From positions 21,628-85,627 of the forward strand of contig JAOUFY010000003.1 of the NCBI GenBank assembly GCA_029857955.1: a DNA stretch of 64,000 nt, written 5' to 3'. Below are positions 1-10,161 of this stretch, piece after piece. How positions within the stretch are numbered: the first letter of the stretch is position 1; each line of letters starts with the position of its first letter. Made by a program: the position numbers and the translations under genes. The notes below the pieces were generated by a model. That model searched no databases and was not told the origin of the DNA. It saw only the letters and a program-made list of their open reading frames with translations. The DNA is from Spirochaetia bacterium. Lineage in GTDB: Bacteria; Spirochaetota; Leptospiria; Turneriellales; JAOUFE01.

Positions 1-136
1 TCTTGTTGAACTTTTGTTGTTTGTGGCGATACTTGCAGTTGCCTTGATATATGCCTGGGGCAGGGGCGATTTAAACTGGGTCAAAGGGTATACATACGCT
101 GAAAACAAAAGTGATTCTCAAGATAGCAAAAGCTAG
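1..136 (+). CDS. nuoA: NADH-quinone oxidoreductase subunit A, C-terminal fragment (5' end lies outside the window)
   Basis: Frame 2 reads [29 protein letters not shown]... to TAG at 134-136. The hydrophobic helix plus YAWxxGxLxW tail matches the NuoA/ND3 C-terminus. It lies directly upstream of nuoB. Confidence 0.75.
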   Translation, partial: LVELLLFVAILAVALIYAWGRGDLNWVKGYTYAENKSDSQDSKS

Positions 137-156
137 TTAAGAAGCTGCGGAGGAAT

Positions 157-633
157 ATGAGTTTTTATCAGGAATTGCCGGAAAATATATTGGTTACAAA
201 CATTGATCAACTTTTAGGGTGGGGTCGTAAACATTCCTTATGGTACCTTATGTTTGGTCTTGCCTGTTGCTCTATTGAACTGATGCACACCGGTGGTCCT
301 CGCGCCGATCTTGAACGTTTTGGCTCTGCTCCCAGGGGTACTCCCCGTCAATCTGACTTAATAATTATTGCCGGAACCTTGACATATAAAATGGCTTCCA
401 GGCTTAAGCTTCTTTATGAACAAATGGCCGAGCCAAGGTATGTAATATCTATGGGGAGTTGTTCCAATTGCGGTGGTCTTTTTGACAAAGCTTATTCCGT
501 TGTAAAGGGCGTTGATCAGATCATACCTGTCGATGTGTATTTACCAGGGTGTCCTCCTCGACCAGAAGCTTTGCTTGAATCGTTGATCTTCCTTCAGAAA
601 AAAATACAAAACGAGAAATTTTTAAGAAAGTAA
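157..633 (+). CDS. nuoB: NADH-quinone oxidoreductase subunit B (PSST, N2 cluster)
   Basis: [15 protein letters not shown] and LPGCPPRPE motifs supply the Cys ligands of the NuoB Fe-S cluster. Confidence 0.95.
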   Translation: MSFYQELPENILVTNIDQLLGWGRKHSLWYLMFGLACCSIELMHTGGPRADLERFGSAPRGTPRQSDLIIIAGTLTYKMASRLKLLYEQMAEPRYVISMGSCSNCGGLFDKAYSVVKGVDQIIPVDVYLPGCPPRPEALLESLIFLQKKIQNEKFLRK

Positions 634-635
634 TT

Positions 636-1175
636 ATGAATTTTGCACTGCCATTATTGGAAAAACTAAAACAGGAAATGACTTCTAAAACATCAGAAAT
701 CATTCAAGCGGACAGTAAAATGCCGATTTTAAAAATCGAGGCTAAAGATATTCGGGAAGCAGTAAAAAAGTTACATGATGATCCTGCTTTTGACATGAAA
801 TATTTAAACTGCATATCGGGTTTACACTTAACTCAGACTAAAGAAGATGGAACTCTTGATCTTTTGGGTTTTGAAGTTCTCTATGTCTTTAGTTCAGCCC
901 GTGATTTTTCAACCATCGCGGTAAGGGTAGATCTTCCCGAGAAGAACCCGGCAATTGATACAATCGATGATTTATACGGAAGCGCCAACTGGTTTGAACG
1001 CGAAGTCTATGACCTTCTTGGCGTAAATTTTATCAACAGTTCTGATCTTCGAAGAATTATGCTGCCCCAGGACTGGGAGGGGCATCCCTTGAGAAAAGAT
1101 TACAAAGAACAAGCGTCCTATAATGGTATGCCCACTACAAGACCAAACGAAATGGAATCGATTAGAATTGAGTAA
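636..1175 (+). CDS. nuoC: NADH-quinone oxidoreductase subunit C (30 kDa)
   Basis: ANWFEREVYDLLGVNF...HPLRKDY signature; positioned between nuoB and nuoD. Confidence 0.9.
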   Translation: MNFALPLLEKLKQEMTSKTSEIIQADSKMPILKIEAKDIREAVKKLHDDPAFDMKYLNCISGLHLTQTKEDGTLDLLGFEVLYVFSSARDFSTIAVRVDLPEKNPAIDTIDDLYGSANWFEREVYDLLGVNFINSSDLRRIMLPQDWEGHPLRKDYKEQASYNGMPTTRPNEMESIRIE

Positions 1176-2339
1176 ATGATTATGATAACTGAAAACGATT
1201 TACAATCCAGAGTAGAAATTACCCCGATCAATGGTTCAGAAATTGAAATCAACATGGGGCCTCACCATCCGTCGACACATGGTGTGATTCGATTTATTCT
1301 TTTTCTCGATGGTGAAATTGTCGTTAGGGCAGTTGCTGATGTTGGTTATTTACACCGCTCCATTGAAAAAATAGCTGAAAATCTGCCATATCCGATGTTT
1401 ATGCCCTATACGGACCGCGTTGATTATGTCGCGGCCATTAACTGTAACCTTGGCTATGCGCTTGCGGTGGAATCGCTTGCCGGTCTTGAAGTTCCTGAAC
1501 GCGCGACATGGCTTCGTATGATTGGAGCCGAGTTAAATCGAATTAATTCTCATTTAATAGCCGTTGGCGCTCTTGCCATGGATGTTGGGGCAACCACTCC
1601 GTTTGTACATGCTATTCGGGAACGTGAATACATTTTGGATCTTTTGGAAATTTTAACCGGTACACGGATGAACAACAACTATGTGCGTTTTGGCGGTGTT
1701 TGTCAGGATGTTCCTGAAGATTTTTTTAAAAAAACGGAAAAGTTTCTGGATCATTTTGTTTTATTTTTAGGAGAATTTAACCGTTTATTGACAACGAATA
1801 AAATATTCCTGGAACGTTTAATCAATGTAGGGATTTTAACCGGCGATCAGGCTCTTGGTTTTTCTTTTTCAGGACCAAATTTAAGAGCTTCTGGCGTTGG
1901 GCATGATTTAAGACGCATTGATCCATATTGTTTTTATTCTGACATGGAATTTTCTGTTCCGGTTGGATCAGGTGTGAAAGGAACGACCGGCGATTCTTTT
2001 GATCGCTTTATTGTACGTATTGACGAGATGCTTGAATCTGTAAAAATATTACGCCAGATCATGTCAAAAATTAAAGAAGGTCCGATACAAAGTAAAATAC
2101 CCAGAAAAATTGTTTTACCTGCCGGCGAATCTTACCACCGAAGCGAGGCTCCACGGGGAGAACTGGGATTTCATATCGTAAGTGATGGAAAATCGAACAT
2201 GCCCTATCGGATAAAAATTAGAACTGGATCTTTTGCAGCGATGACATCTTTATCGGAACTATTTAAGGGCATGATGGTTGCTGATGTGGTTGCTTATTTT
2301 GCCAGTCTCGACGTTGTGGCTCCGGAGGTTGACCGATGA
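1176..2339 (+). CDS. nuoD: NADH-quinone oxidoreductase subunit D (49 kDa)
   Basis: NMGPHHPSTHGV motif, full-length 387 aa, C-terminal APEVDR. Confidence 0.95.
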   Translation: MIMITENDLQSRVEITPINGSEIEINMGPHHPSTHGVIRFILFLDGEIVVRAVADVGYLHRSIEKIAENLPYPMFMPYTDRVDYVAAINCNLGYALAVESLAGLEVPERATWLRMIGAELNRINSHLIAVGALAMDVGATTPFVHAIREREYILDLLEILTGTRMNNNYVRFGGVCQDVPEDFFKKTEKFLDHFVLFLGEFNRLLTTNKIFLERLINVGILTGDQALGFSFSGPNLRASGVGHDLRRIDPYCFYSDMEFSVPVGSGVKGTTGDSFDRFIVRIDEMLESVKILRQIMSKIKEGPIQSKIPRKIVLPAGESYHRSEAPRGELGFHIVSDGKSNMPYRIKIRTGSFAAMTSLSELFKGMMVADVVAYFASLDVVAPEVDR

Positions 2340-3493
2340 TCAATTTAATTTACATGTTTGTATTTAGTCTTGTATATTTATTGTTACTGGCTTTAACCGC
2401 AGGGATTTTGACCTATGTTGAGCGGCGAATTGCCGGTAGAATGCAGTCGAGAATTGGCCCAAATCGAGTCGGTATTCAGGGTATTTTACAGTTTATAGCC
2501 GACCTTATCAAAGGTGTTCAAAAAGAAGATATCATACCTGCTGATGCCTATGCTTTTTTATTTAAAATAGCTCCCTATTTGGTTTTTATGGGTGTGTTTT
2601 TAACGCTGGTTCCGATTCCTTTTGGCGCTTATACCCTCATGGAAGATCTCGATGTCGGCATTTACTATGTTTTAGCCATGGCATCTTATGTTGTCATTGG
2701 TTTAATGATTGGCGGCTGGGCCTCGAACAATAAATGGTCGTTGCTTGGCGGTATGAGATCCGCCGCTCAAAAAATCAGTTATGAAATTCCAGCGGCTCTT
2801 GGTGTCTTCATTGTTGTTATTATGTCGGGATCAATGAATTTTCAAAAAATTGTAGCAGCTCAGGGAGCTTCACCAGTTGACTGGTTTGTGTTTCGAAATC
2901 CATTTACGTTTATTGCTTTTAATTTATTTTTTATCGCTTCTCTTGCAGAAGGAAATCGGGTTCCTTTTGATATTCCGGAAGCTGAAAGCGAACTTGTATC
3001 CGGTTATAACACAGAGTACAGCGGTATGAGGTTTTTATTTTTCTTTTTAGCAGAGTGGGGTAACCTGGTTGTGATTGGCGCACTTGTTACATGTATGTTT
3101 TTTGGCGGTGGAAGTTTCTGGTATGAATGGAAAATATCAATTCCAGCGCCTGGCAGAGATCCTATTGTTTTTGAAGTGTTGGGCTTTTTATGGTTTTTAT
3201 TTAAAACATTCTTTTTTGTATTTGTAATCATCTGGATACGCTGGACATTGCCCAGACTCAGGATTGACCAGTTAATGGACATTTGCTGGAAGTACATGGT
3301 GCCTATTGGTTTGATTTCATCATTGGGAATTGTGATCTGGATGTACTTTATACCGGAAAACTCAACGATTGACCGTATTGTTCGATTGACCTTAACTTCA
3401 CTTGGGGCTATCACTGTATTGTATTTTAAATACAGAGTGTATAAAAATTTAAAAATAACGAAGGCTACAATATACGCTAATCCTTTTGTATAA
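2336..3493 (+). CDS. nuoH: NADH-quinone oxidoreductase subunit H (ND1)
   Basis: ERRIAGRMQSRIGPNRVG motif; polytopic membrane protein. Its start overlaps the nuoD stop (ATGA at 2336-2339), so there is no room for nuoEFG. Confidence 0.95.
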   Translation: MINLIYMFVFSLVYLLLLALTAGILTYVERRIAGRMQSRIGPNRVGIQGILQFIADLIKGVQKEDIIPADAYAFLFKIAPYLVFMGVFLTLVPIPFGAYTLMEDLDVGIYYVLAMASYVVIGLMIGGWASNNKWSLLGGMRSAAQKISYEIPAALGVFIVVIMSGSMNFQKIVAAQGASPVDWFVFRNPFTFIAFNLFFIASLAEGNRVPFDIPEAESELVSGYNTEYSGMRFLFFFLAEWGNLVVIGALVTCMFFGGGSFWYEWKISIPAPGRDPIVFEVLGFLWFLFKTFFFVFVIIWIRWTLPRLRIDQLMDICWKYMVPIGLISSLGIVIWMYFIPENSTIDRIVRLTLTSLGAITVLYFKYRVYKNLKITKATIYANPFV

Positions 3494-3505
3494 TTTGAGA
3501 ATAGT

Positions 3506-4084
3506 ATGATAATATATTTAAAAAATATCTGGGAAACATATGCCACTGTTTTTGAAGGGATGGCCATCACCTTCAGTTATTTATTGCAACGTCCTATCAC
3601 TGTGCAGTATCCCGATAGAATGAAAGAATCTGTCCCTGAAACCTTGCCTGAAAAATACCGCGGCAGACTTATGGTTGACACGGAATTATGTACAGCTTGC
3701 GGATTGTGTGCTAAGGCATGCCCCATCGATGTAATTGAAATGAAGGGCGGACGGGCAGAAGGCAAAAAAGGTCTGAGATTAATTTATTTTAATATTTATC
3801 ACGGTAAATGCATGTATTGTAATTTATGCGTTGAAGCATGCCCGGCAGAAGATGGCGAAGAAGACGAACATCATACGGCTATTTATTTTAAGAAAAATTT
3901 TGAAGGTTCAAGTTATACTTTAAACGGCTTGGTCGAACAATTTATACCGCCGGATGAAGCCCGAAGACGCCTGAAAGAATCTGAAGAAATTGCGGCAAAA
4001 AGAGCTGCGGCAGCCGCAGAAACAACAAAAAATTCAGAAGCAAAACAGGAATCTGACAAACCTAAAGACGGAGGTGATGTATGA
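3506..4084 (+). CDS. nuoI: NADH-quinone oxidoreductase subunit I (2x[4Fe-4S] ferredoxin-like)
   Basis: Two CxxCxxCxxxCP motifs (CTACGLCAKACP, CMYCNLCVEACP). Carries an extra charged, Ala-rich C-terminal tail. Confidence 0.9.
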   Translation: MIIYLKNIWETYATVFEGMAITFSYLLQRPITVQYPDRMKESVPETLPEKYRGRLMVDTELCTACGLCAKACPIDVIEMKGGRAEGKKGLRLIYFNIYHGKCMYCNLCVEACPAEDGEEDEHHTAIYFKKNFEGSSYTLNGLVEQFIPPDEARRRLKESEEIAAKRAAAAAETTKNSEAKQESDKPKDGGDV

Positions 4085-4623
4085 AAGACGCCATTTTTAT
4101 ATTGGTTGCCGTTTTTGCCGTCGGCGGCGCACTTTTAACCGCGGCCAGCCAAAGTATCATCAATGCCGCTCTTGGTTTATTGCTTTCATTGATTTCTATC
4201 GCAGCCCTGTATATTTTTCAAAGCGCCGACTTTGTTGCCATTTCTCAAATTCTGGTGTATGTAGGCGGGGTGATGGTGCTGTTACTTTTCAGTATTATGC
4301 TCTCCAGTGGCTCAACTGATTTTTTTAAAAATAATCCGGCGATGAAAGTTTTTCCTGCTTTGCTGATTGTGGTGGTATTTGCCGGTCTGGCCATTTATGC
4401 GTTATTTTCTGCAAATCTAACTTTTTATCCAGGACAATATGGCCCAAGTACCCGTGAAATCGGTAATCTCTTTTTAAAAGATTACATTTTGGTGTTTGAG
4501 CTGGTTTCTGTATTGATTGTGGTTATGCTGGTAGGCGCCGGTGTTATGCTGCGAAAAGAACTGGTTCGAAAAGCAGTTGCATCTGATGGCGATTCAAAAG
4601 ATGAAAAGGAAAATAAAAAATGA
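4081..4623 (+). CDS. nuoJ: NADH-quinone oxidoreductase subunit J (ND6)
   Basis: Hydrophobic 180-aa protein in the canonical operon position; overlaps the nuoI stop and the nuoK start. Confidence 0.85.
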   Translation: MKDAIFILVAVFAVGGALLTAASQSIINAALGLLLSLISIAALYIFQSADFVAISQILVYVGGVMVLLLFSIMLSSGSTDFFKNNPAMKVFPALLIVVVFAGLAIYALFSANLTFYPGQYGPSTREIGNLFLKDYILVFELVSVLIVVMLVGAGVMLRKELVRKAVASDGDSKDEKENKK

Positions 4624-4943
4624 CTTCTTTATTATCTGAAAATCCGAATTCTTATTTAATAATTTCAGTTTTAATTTTTTCTGCGGGTATGTTTACTGTA
4701 TTAACGCGAAAAAATATTCTAGCCATCATTATGGGAATCGAGTTGATGCTCAATGCTTCTGCGTTAAACTTCATTACGTTTTCATTTTTTCGTAAATCCA
4801 CTTTATATTCAGGGCATGTATTTGCGATACTCATCATTGTTCTGGCTGCCGCTGAAGCCGTGGTTGCGCTGGCTATTTTGCTTGCGATATTCCAGCAAAG
4901 AAAATCTGTTATGACAGATGATATTTCGGATATGAAAGGATAA
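4620..4943 (+). CDS. nuoK: NADH-quinone oxidoreductase subunit K (ND4L)
   Basis: About 100 aa with three TM helices; GIELMLNASALNF motif typical of NuoK. Confidence 0.9.
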   Translation: MTSLLSENPNSYLIISVLIFSAGMFTVLTRKNILAIIMGIELMLNASALNFITFSFFRKSTLYSGHVFAILIIVLAAAEAVVALAILLAIFQQRKSVMTDDISDMKG

Positions 4944-4945
4944 GT

Positions 4946-6994
4946 ATGGATCAGGTTGCACAATATATCTGGATAATTCCTGCAGCTCCGCTGGCAGGAT
5001 TTATAATCAATGGTTTAATTTCCTTTAGCTGGGGCGCAAAATCTTCGGACTTTCATAAAAAAGTTTCTACAATCGTTTCGCCTCTGGTGATTTTAATTTC
5101 TTTTCTGGTTACCTTAGCTGTTTTTATTCAAATGGTACAAAATCCTGAAACAAATCGTATTTTTTCTCAAAACCTGTATTCATGGATAAAAACAGGTTTT
5201 ATCGAAGCAAATGTAAATCTGGTTCTTGATCCATTGTCAATTATTCTGGTTTTAATCATCACCGGCGTGGGTTTTTTCATTCATCTTTACTCTGTCGGGT
5301 ATATGGATCATGATCGTTCGATTATACGTTATTTTGCCTATTTAAATCTTTTTACTTTTGCCATGCTTATTCTGGTTTTGGGCGATAATATTTTATTGAT
5401 GTTTGTCGGATGGGAAGGCGTAGGTCTTTGTTCATATTTGTTGATTGGTTTTTGGTACCAAAATCGTAATTATGCTATTGCCGGAATGAAAGCATTCCTG
5501 GTAAATCGAGTGGGTGACTTTGCTTTTATCATTGGTTTTTTTATGTTGTTCTGGGGTATTTATCATTATGAAGGAGTTCCCACCATTGCTTTTAGCGCAT
5601 TGAAAGATGTCATGGGTAAAATGCCGGAATGGTATCTTACTATCGTTACGCTAATGTTTTTTATCGGGGCAACCGGTAAATCTGCCCAGATACCTTTGTA
5701 CATATGGCTGCCAGATGCGATGGCAGGTCCTACGCCTGTTTCAGCCCTCATTCATGCTGCCACGATGGTAACTGCCGGTGTATACATGATTGCGCGAATG
5801 AGTTTTTTATTTATAGCAACGCCAATGACATTAACCGTTATTTCGATTATAGCCGCAGGCACTGCTTTTTTTGCAGCGACCATCGGCATTGTGCAAAATG
5901 ATATAAAAAAAGTACTGGCATATTCAACGGTCAGTCAGCTCGGTTATATGTTTTTAGGAATGGGAACCGGCGTTTTTACAACCGGTATTTTTCATTTAAT
6001 GACTCATGCATTTTTCAAAGGGCTATTGTTTCTTGGCGCAGGTTCTGTAATCTTGGCATCGCACCATGAGCAGGACATTTTACTGATGGGCGGACTCCGG
6101 AAAAAAATTCCAATTACATTTATTACCTTTTTAATTGGTACACTGGCTATTGCTGGAATTCCGGGATTATCCGGTTTTTTTAGCAAAGATGAAATTTTAT
6201 GGCAAACTTATATTACGCCAAATGTATACATTCCTCAGCTTCCCCATATTTTGTGGATAATTGGTTTAGCGACTGCTGGTATTACGTCTTTTTATATGTT
6301 TCGTTTGCTTTTTTTAACGTTTTTTGGGGAGTTTCGAGGTGATGAAGGCGCTTTAGAAGAAGTTCATGAATCACCTTTTATAATGACCATACCTTTGATG
6401 GTTTTAGCTGTTTTGTCTATTTTCGGCGGTTACATTGGAATGCCAGAAGCTCTTGGCGGCTCAAACCATTTACACCACTGGCTATCGCCTGTATTGTCAA
6501 TGAAAGAAGCCGTAGAAGAACATGGAGCCGGACATTTTCAGGAATATTTATTTATGGGTTTTTCTATTTTGGTGTCATTATCGGGCGCTGCACTTGCCTA
6601 TATTTTTTATATTTTAAAACCATCCATACCCAAAAGCATTGGCAGCAAAATCAGCGGATTGCACCAGCTGGTATTTAACAAATATTATATAGATGAATTG
6701 TATCATGCGACTTTTATCAAAGGTACTTTAGGTTTAAGAATGTTGCTTAATAAATTTGACCAGAAAATCATCGATGCCTTTGTAAACTTTGTGGCTGTGA
6801 TTGTAAAAGCAGTCTCGCGTGTTCACGGCTTTTTTGACAGAGTTGTGGTAGACGGGCTTGTAAACTTTGTAGCCGCTTTTACCCAGTATTATTCCTCCGT
6901 AATGCAGACATGGCAAAGCGGAATGTTAAATCGTTACTTGTATTATATTTTAGGGAGTTTTATTATGGCCTATGTGATTTTACGAATCATATAA
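4946..6994 (+). CDS. nuoL: NADH-quinone oxidoreductase subunit L (ND5 antiporter-like)
   Basis: 682 aa. Contains the Mrp/ND5-family core (GWEGVGLCSYLLIGFW, AMAGPTPVSALIHAATMV) and a C-terminal lateral-helix region. Confidence 0.95.
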   Translation: MDQVAQYIWIIPAAPLAGFIINGLISFSWGAKSSDFHKKVSTIVSPLVILISFLVTLAVFIQMVQNPETNRIFSQNLYSWIKTGFIEANVNLVLDPLSIILVLIITGVGFFIHLYSVGYMDHDRSIIRYFAYLNLFTFAMLILVLGDNILLMFVGWEGVGLCSYLLIGFWYQNRNYAIAGMKAFLVNRVGDFAFIIGFFMLFWGIYHYEGVPTIAFSALKDVMGKMPEWYLTIVTLMFFIGATGKSAQIPLYIWLPDAMAGPTPVSALIHAATMVTAGVYMIARMSFLFIATPMTLTVISIIAAGTAFFAATIGIVQNDIKKVLAYSTVSQLGYMFLGMGTGVFTTGIFHLMTHAFFKGLLFLGAGSVILASHHEQDILLMGGLRKKIPITFITFLIGTLAIAGIPGLSGFFSKDEILWQTYITPNVYIPQLPHILWIIGLATAGITSFYMFRLLFLTFFGEFRGDEGALEEVHESPFIMTIPLMVLAVLSIFGGYIGMPEALGGSNHLHHWLSPVLSMKEAVEEHGAGHFQEYLFMGFSILVSLSGAALAYIFYILKPSIPKSIGSKISGLHQLVFNKYYIDELYHATFIKGTLGLRMLLNKFDQKIIDAFVNFVAVIVKAVSRVHGFFDRVVVDGLVNFVAAFTQYYSSVMQTWQSGMLNRYLYYILGSFIMAYVILRII

Positions 6995-7022
6995 GCAATA
7001 CTCATTAAGCAGGAGAATTTAA

Positions 7023-8585
7023 ATGGACAACTATATTTTATCAATCATCACCTTTGCGCCGCTTGCCGGGGCTCTCTTGATACTTTTAATGCCGTCAAGC
7101 AGTCGTAAAATGATTCAGTGGACTTCGGTGGTATTTACAGCAATCCCTCTGGTTCTGGCATTTCGTTTGTATCAAAACTTTTTACCAAGCAATACGGGAT
7201 TACATGAAGCTAATTTATATCAATTTGTTGAAAAGTATTCATGGATCAGTTCATTTAATATCAATTATTATGTTGGTATCGATGGGCTTTCGATAACGAT
7301 GGTGATTTTAAGCGCTTTAATTTCTTTTATCGGAGTATTTGCATCGTTTAGTATTCAAAAAGCAATTAAGGGTTATTTTGCCCTTTATTTACTTTTGTGT
7401 ACGGCAATGATGGGCGTTTTTGTTTCTCTTGACTTTTTTTTATTTTATGTTTTCTGGGAAGTTATGCTTTTGCCAATGTATTTTTTAATTGGAATATGGG
7501 GCGGGCCAAGACGAGAATACGCGGCCATTAAATTTTTTCTCTATACTCTTTTCGGATCAGTTTTTATGCTACTGGTCATGTTGTTTTTTTACTACAATGC
7601 GCACACTTTTTCACTTGTCGAGCTGGCTTCGATCATGGTATCAAGAGAATATCCTGGTTATTTAAATGTTGCAAACTTTAGAATTGCGGCATGGGTGCTT
7701 TTATTTATTGGATTTGCCATTAAAATCCCTGCGTTTCCTTTTCATACATGGTTACCGGATGCTCACGTTGAAGCGCCAACAGCGATATCGGTGATTCTAG
7801 CCGGTGTACTTTTAAAAATGGGTACCTATGGATTACTCAGGATATCTTATCCCTTGCTTCCGCACGAAACGATGATGATGGCTCCCTATGCATTAGGCGC
7901 ACTGGGAATTGTAAATATCATTTATGGCGCCTTTGTTGCCATGGCTCAAAACGATTTAAAAAAACTCATTGCATATTCCAGTATCAGTCACATGGGTTAT
8001 GTAATGCTGGGGATGGCCGCATTTAATGTCGAAGGAATGAACGGAGCATTATTTCAAATGTTCAATCACGGTACTATAACAGCCATGTTATTTATCATGG
8101 TAGGCGTTATATATGACCGAGCTCATCACAGGAATATAAATGAGCTGGGCGGACTGATCCAACACATGCCCAGATATGCAGTATTTACCGCTTTTGCATT
8201 TTTTGCCGGTCTTGGATTACCAGGGTTGAGCGGCTTTATTTCCGAAGTACTTGTATTCCTTGGCGCTTTTAAAGTTTATCCTGTGCTGACAGCGATTGCC
8301 GCAAGTGGTGTTGTTTTAACGGCTGCTTACTTGTTATGGGCTTATATGAGAGTGTTTTTCGATAAAGTCCAGGAAAGATACAAAGACTTTAAAGATATAA
8401 ACGGCATTGAAATGTTTTCAGTTTTGCCGGTAGCATTTTTTATTTTATTGTTTGGTGTTTATCCTGCTCCGTATTTAAAGCTGGTAGAACCAACGATGAC
8501 AAAAATGACATCTATAATTGCAGAACCTGCTGCGGTAACGTTTAATTTTTTAAATCAATTATCTCATTTCTTTTTTAAAGGTTAA
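7023..8585 (+). CDS. nuoM: NADH-quinone oxidoreductase subunit M (ND4)
   Basis: FPFHTWLPDAHVEAPTAISVILAGVLLKMG motif; 520 aa. Confidence 0.95.
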   Translation: MDNYILSIITFAPLAGALLILLMPSSSRKMIQWTSVVFTAIPLVLAFRLYQNFLPSNTGLHEANLYQFVEKYSWISSFNINYYVGIDGLSITMVILSALISFIGVFASFSIQKAIKGYFALYLLLCTAMMGVFVSLDFFLFYVFWEVMLLPMYFLIGIWGGPRREYAAIKFFLYTLFGSVFMLLVMLFFYYNAHTFSLVELASIMVSREYPGYLNVANFRIAAWVLLFIGFAIKIPAFPFHTWLPDAHVEAPTAISVILAGVLLKMGTYGLLRISYPLLPHETMMMAPYALGALGIVNIIYGAFVAMAQNDLKKLIAYSSISHMGYVMLGMAAFNVEGMNGALFQMFNHGTITAMLFIMVGVIYDRAHHRNINELGGLIQHMPRYAVFTAFAFFAGLGLPGLSGFISEVLVFLGAFKVYPVLTAIAASGVVLTAAYLLWAYMRVFFDKVQERYKDFKDINGIEMFSVLPVAFFILLFGVYPAPYLKLVEPTMTKMTSIIAEPAAVTFNFLNQLSHFFFKG

Positions 8586-8594
8586 GGCTGCCAG

Positions 8595-10055
8595 ATGTTT
8601 GAGAGTACAAAAGCAATTCTGCCAGAACTTATACTGGTAATCACAACGTTTTATTTAACACTGCGGTCGGCTTCTGGCAGGGCAAAACGCGGGTCATTGT
8701 ATATCGAGGCGCTGATTGGAGCAATTTGTGCTCTCGTTTGTTTATTTTTGTTCTCAGAAAAATATTATGGTTTTAAAGCTTTTTATTCTACCATTGAACT
8801 TGATAAAACTGCATTTTTCTTTCGAATGATATTTATTTCTCTGGCAATATTTGTCATAGTAATGACCGCTAAATCAACCGAGATCAGCGATTATTTATTT
8901 GGCGAAAATCTCGTTCTGGTTTTTTCTATAACAACCGGTATGTGTTTTGTTGCCTCATCAATTGATTTATTAATGATTTATTTTTCGTTGGAATGGATTT
9001 CTCTAAGTTCCTATCTTTTAACAGGATTTATTGCACATAAAAGATCCTCATCAGAAGCCGGCATGAAATATACGTTGTTTGGCGGTATAGCATCAGCCGT
9101 TATGCTTTTTGGAATGTCCTGGTTATTCGGCGTAACAGGAACGCTCAAACTTGATGAAATACCTGCAGCGTTTGCAGCATCACACAGTATAATGATGATG
9201 TTTTCATTGGTATTGATACTGGTTGGTTTTGCATTTAAAGTTGCCGCCGTTCCGCTTCACTTCTGGGTACCGGATGTGTACCAGGCGGCATCAACGCCGA
9301 TTACGACTCTCTTTTCAATTGGTCCAAAGGCTGCCGGCTTTGCGGTCTTGATCAGAGTATTTTACTATTCGTTTTATAATTCCGAAGAAACTGCGTTGTT
9401 GATGGAATCGCTAAAACCAGGTCTTGAAATTGTGTTTCAGTTTTTTGCGGCATTTACCATGACGGCGGGTAATTTACTTGCGCTCAGGCAAGAAAACATC
9501 AAAAGAATGCTGGCTTATTCATCGATCAGTCATGCCGGATTTTTACTGATGGGCGTTGCGGCAATGTCGGATAAAGGTATTCAGGCCCTCTACTTTTACA
9601 TATTTATTTATCTCTTGATGAATGGCGGCGCATTTTTTGTCGTAAACCTGATCATTAACCGATGGGGTGCAGAAAATATTTCTGACTATGAAGGCCTTGG
9701 ATGGAGAGGCGGAAGTCAGTCCATGATTGCTGTTGCGATGAGCGTTTTTCTATTTTCACTTGCGGGGCTGCCCCCTTTTGGAGGATTCATCGGCAAGTGG
9801 TTTATTTTTGCCGCGGCAGTAGAAAAACATATGTACGCGCTTGTTGTGGTTGGCCTGGTAAATATCGTCATAGCGCTTTACTATTATGCCAGGATTTTAC
9901 GAGCCATGTATCTCGTACAGACAGTAAGCCCGCGCACAGAGATTCGTTTAAAAATAAATGAAGGTTTTTTTATGGGAGCGCTAAGTCTTTCGCTCATTTA
10001 CTACGGTATATTTTTCCCCCCGTTTATGGGTTATCTTAAAACCATCATTCCTTAA
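8595..10055 (+). CDS. nuoN: NADH-quinone oxidoreductase subunit N (ND2)
   Basis: PLHFWVPDVYQAASTPITTLFS motif; last gene of the operon. Confidence 0.9.
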   Translation: MFESTKAILPELILVITTFYLTLRSASGRAKRGSLYIEALIGAICALVCLFLFSEKYYGFKAFYSTIELDKTAFFFRMIFISLAIFVIVMTAKSTEISDYLFGENLVLVFSITTGMCFVASSIDLLMIYFSLEWISLSSYLLTGFIAHKRSSSEAGMKYTLFGGIASAVMLFGMSWLFGVTGTLKLDEIPAAFAASHSIMMMFSLVLILVGFAFKVAAVPLHFWVPDVYQAASTPITTLFSIGPKAAGFAVLIRVFYYSFYNSEETALLMESLKPGLEIVFQFFAAFTMTAGNLLALRQENIKRMLAYSSISHAGFLLMGVAAMSDKGIQALYFYIFIYLLMNGGAFFVVNLIINRWGAENISDYEGLGWRGGSQSMIAVAMSVFLFSLAGLPPFGGFIGKWFIFAAAVEKHMYALVVVGLVNIVIALYYYARILRAMYLVQTVSPRTEIRLKINEGFFMGALSLSLIYYGIFFPPFMGYLKTIIP

Positions 10056-10063
10056 CATTTAAA

Positions 10064-10114
10064 GGGGGCTAGCGGCCCCCTAAATCAGGCCGCGGTCCTG
10101 ATTTACCCCCAGCG
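10064..10114 (+). repeat. GC-rich double-hairpin intergenic repeat, copy A
   Basis: GGGGGC-TAGCG-GCCCCC hairpin, TAAA spacer, TCAGG-CCGCGGT-CCTGA hairpin, then TTTA-CCCCC-AGCG. Same architecture as 33644-33693 and 47865-47913. Lies between the convergent nuoN and cyclase 3' ends. Confidence 0.7.
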
Positions 10115-10161
10115 TAAAGTTTATAGAGTAAATTTTATATTAAAAGATTCAATGCAATTAA

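Noticed and set aside
3004-3570. 188-aa minus-strand ORF overlapping the nuoH 3' end
   Set aside because: It lies entirely antisense to a well-supported nuoH. Its composition (Ile/Lys/Asn/Phe-rich) is what an AT-rich shadow frame gives, and I recognise no motifs.
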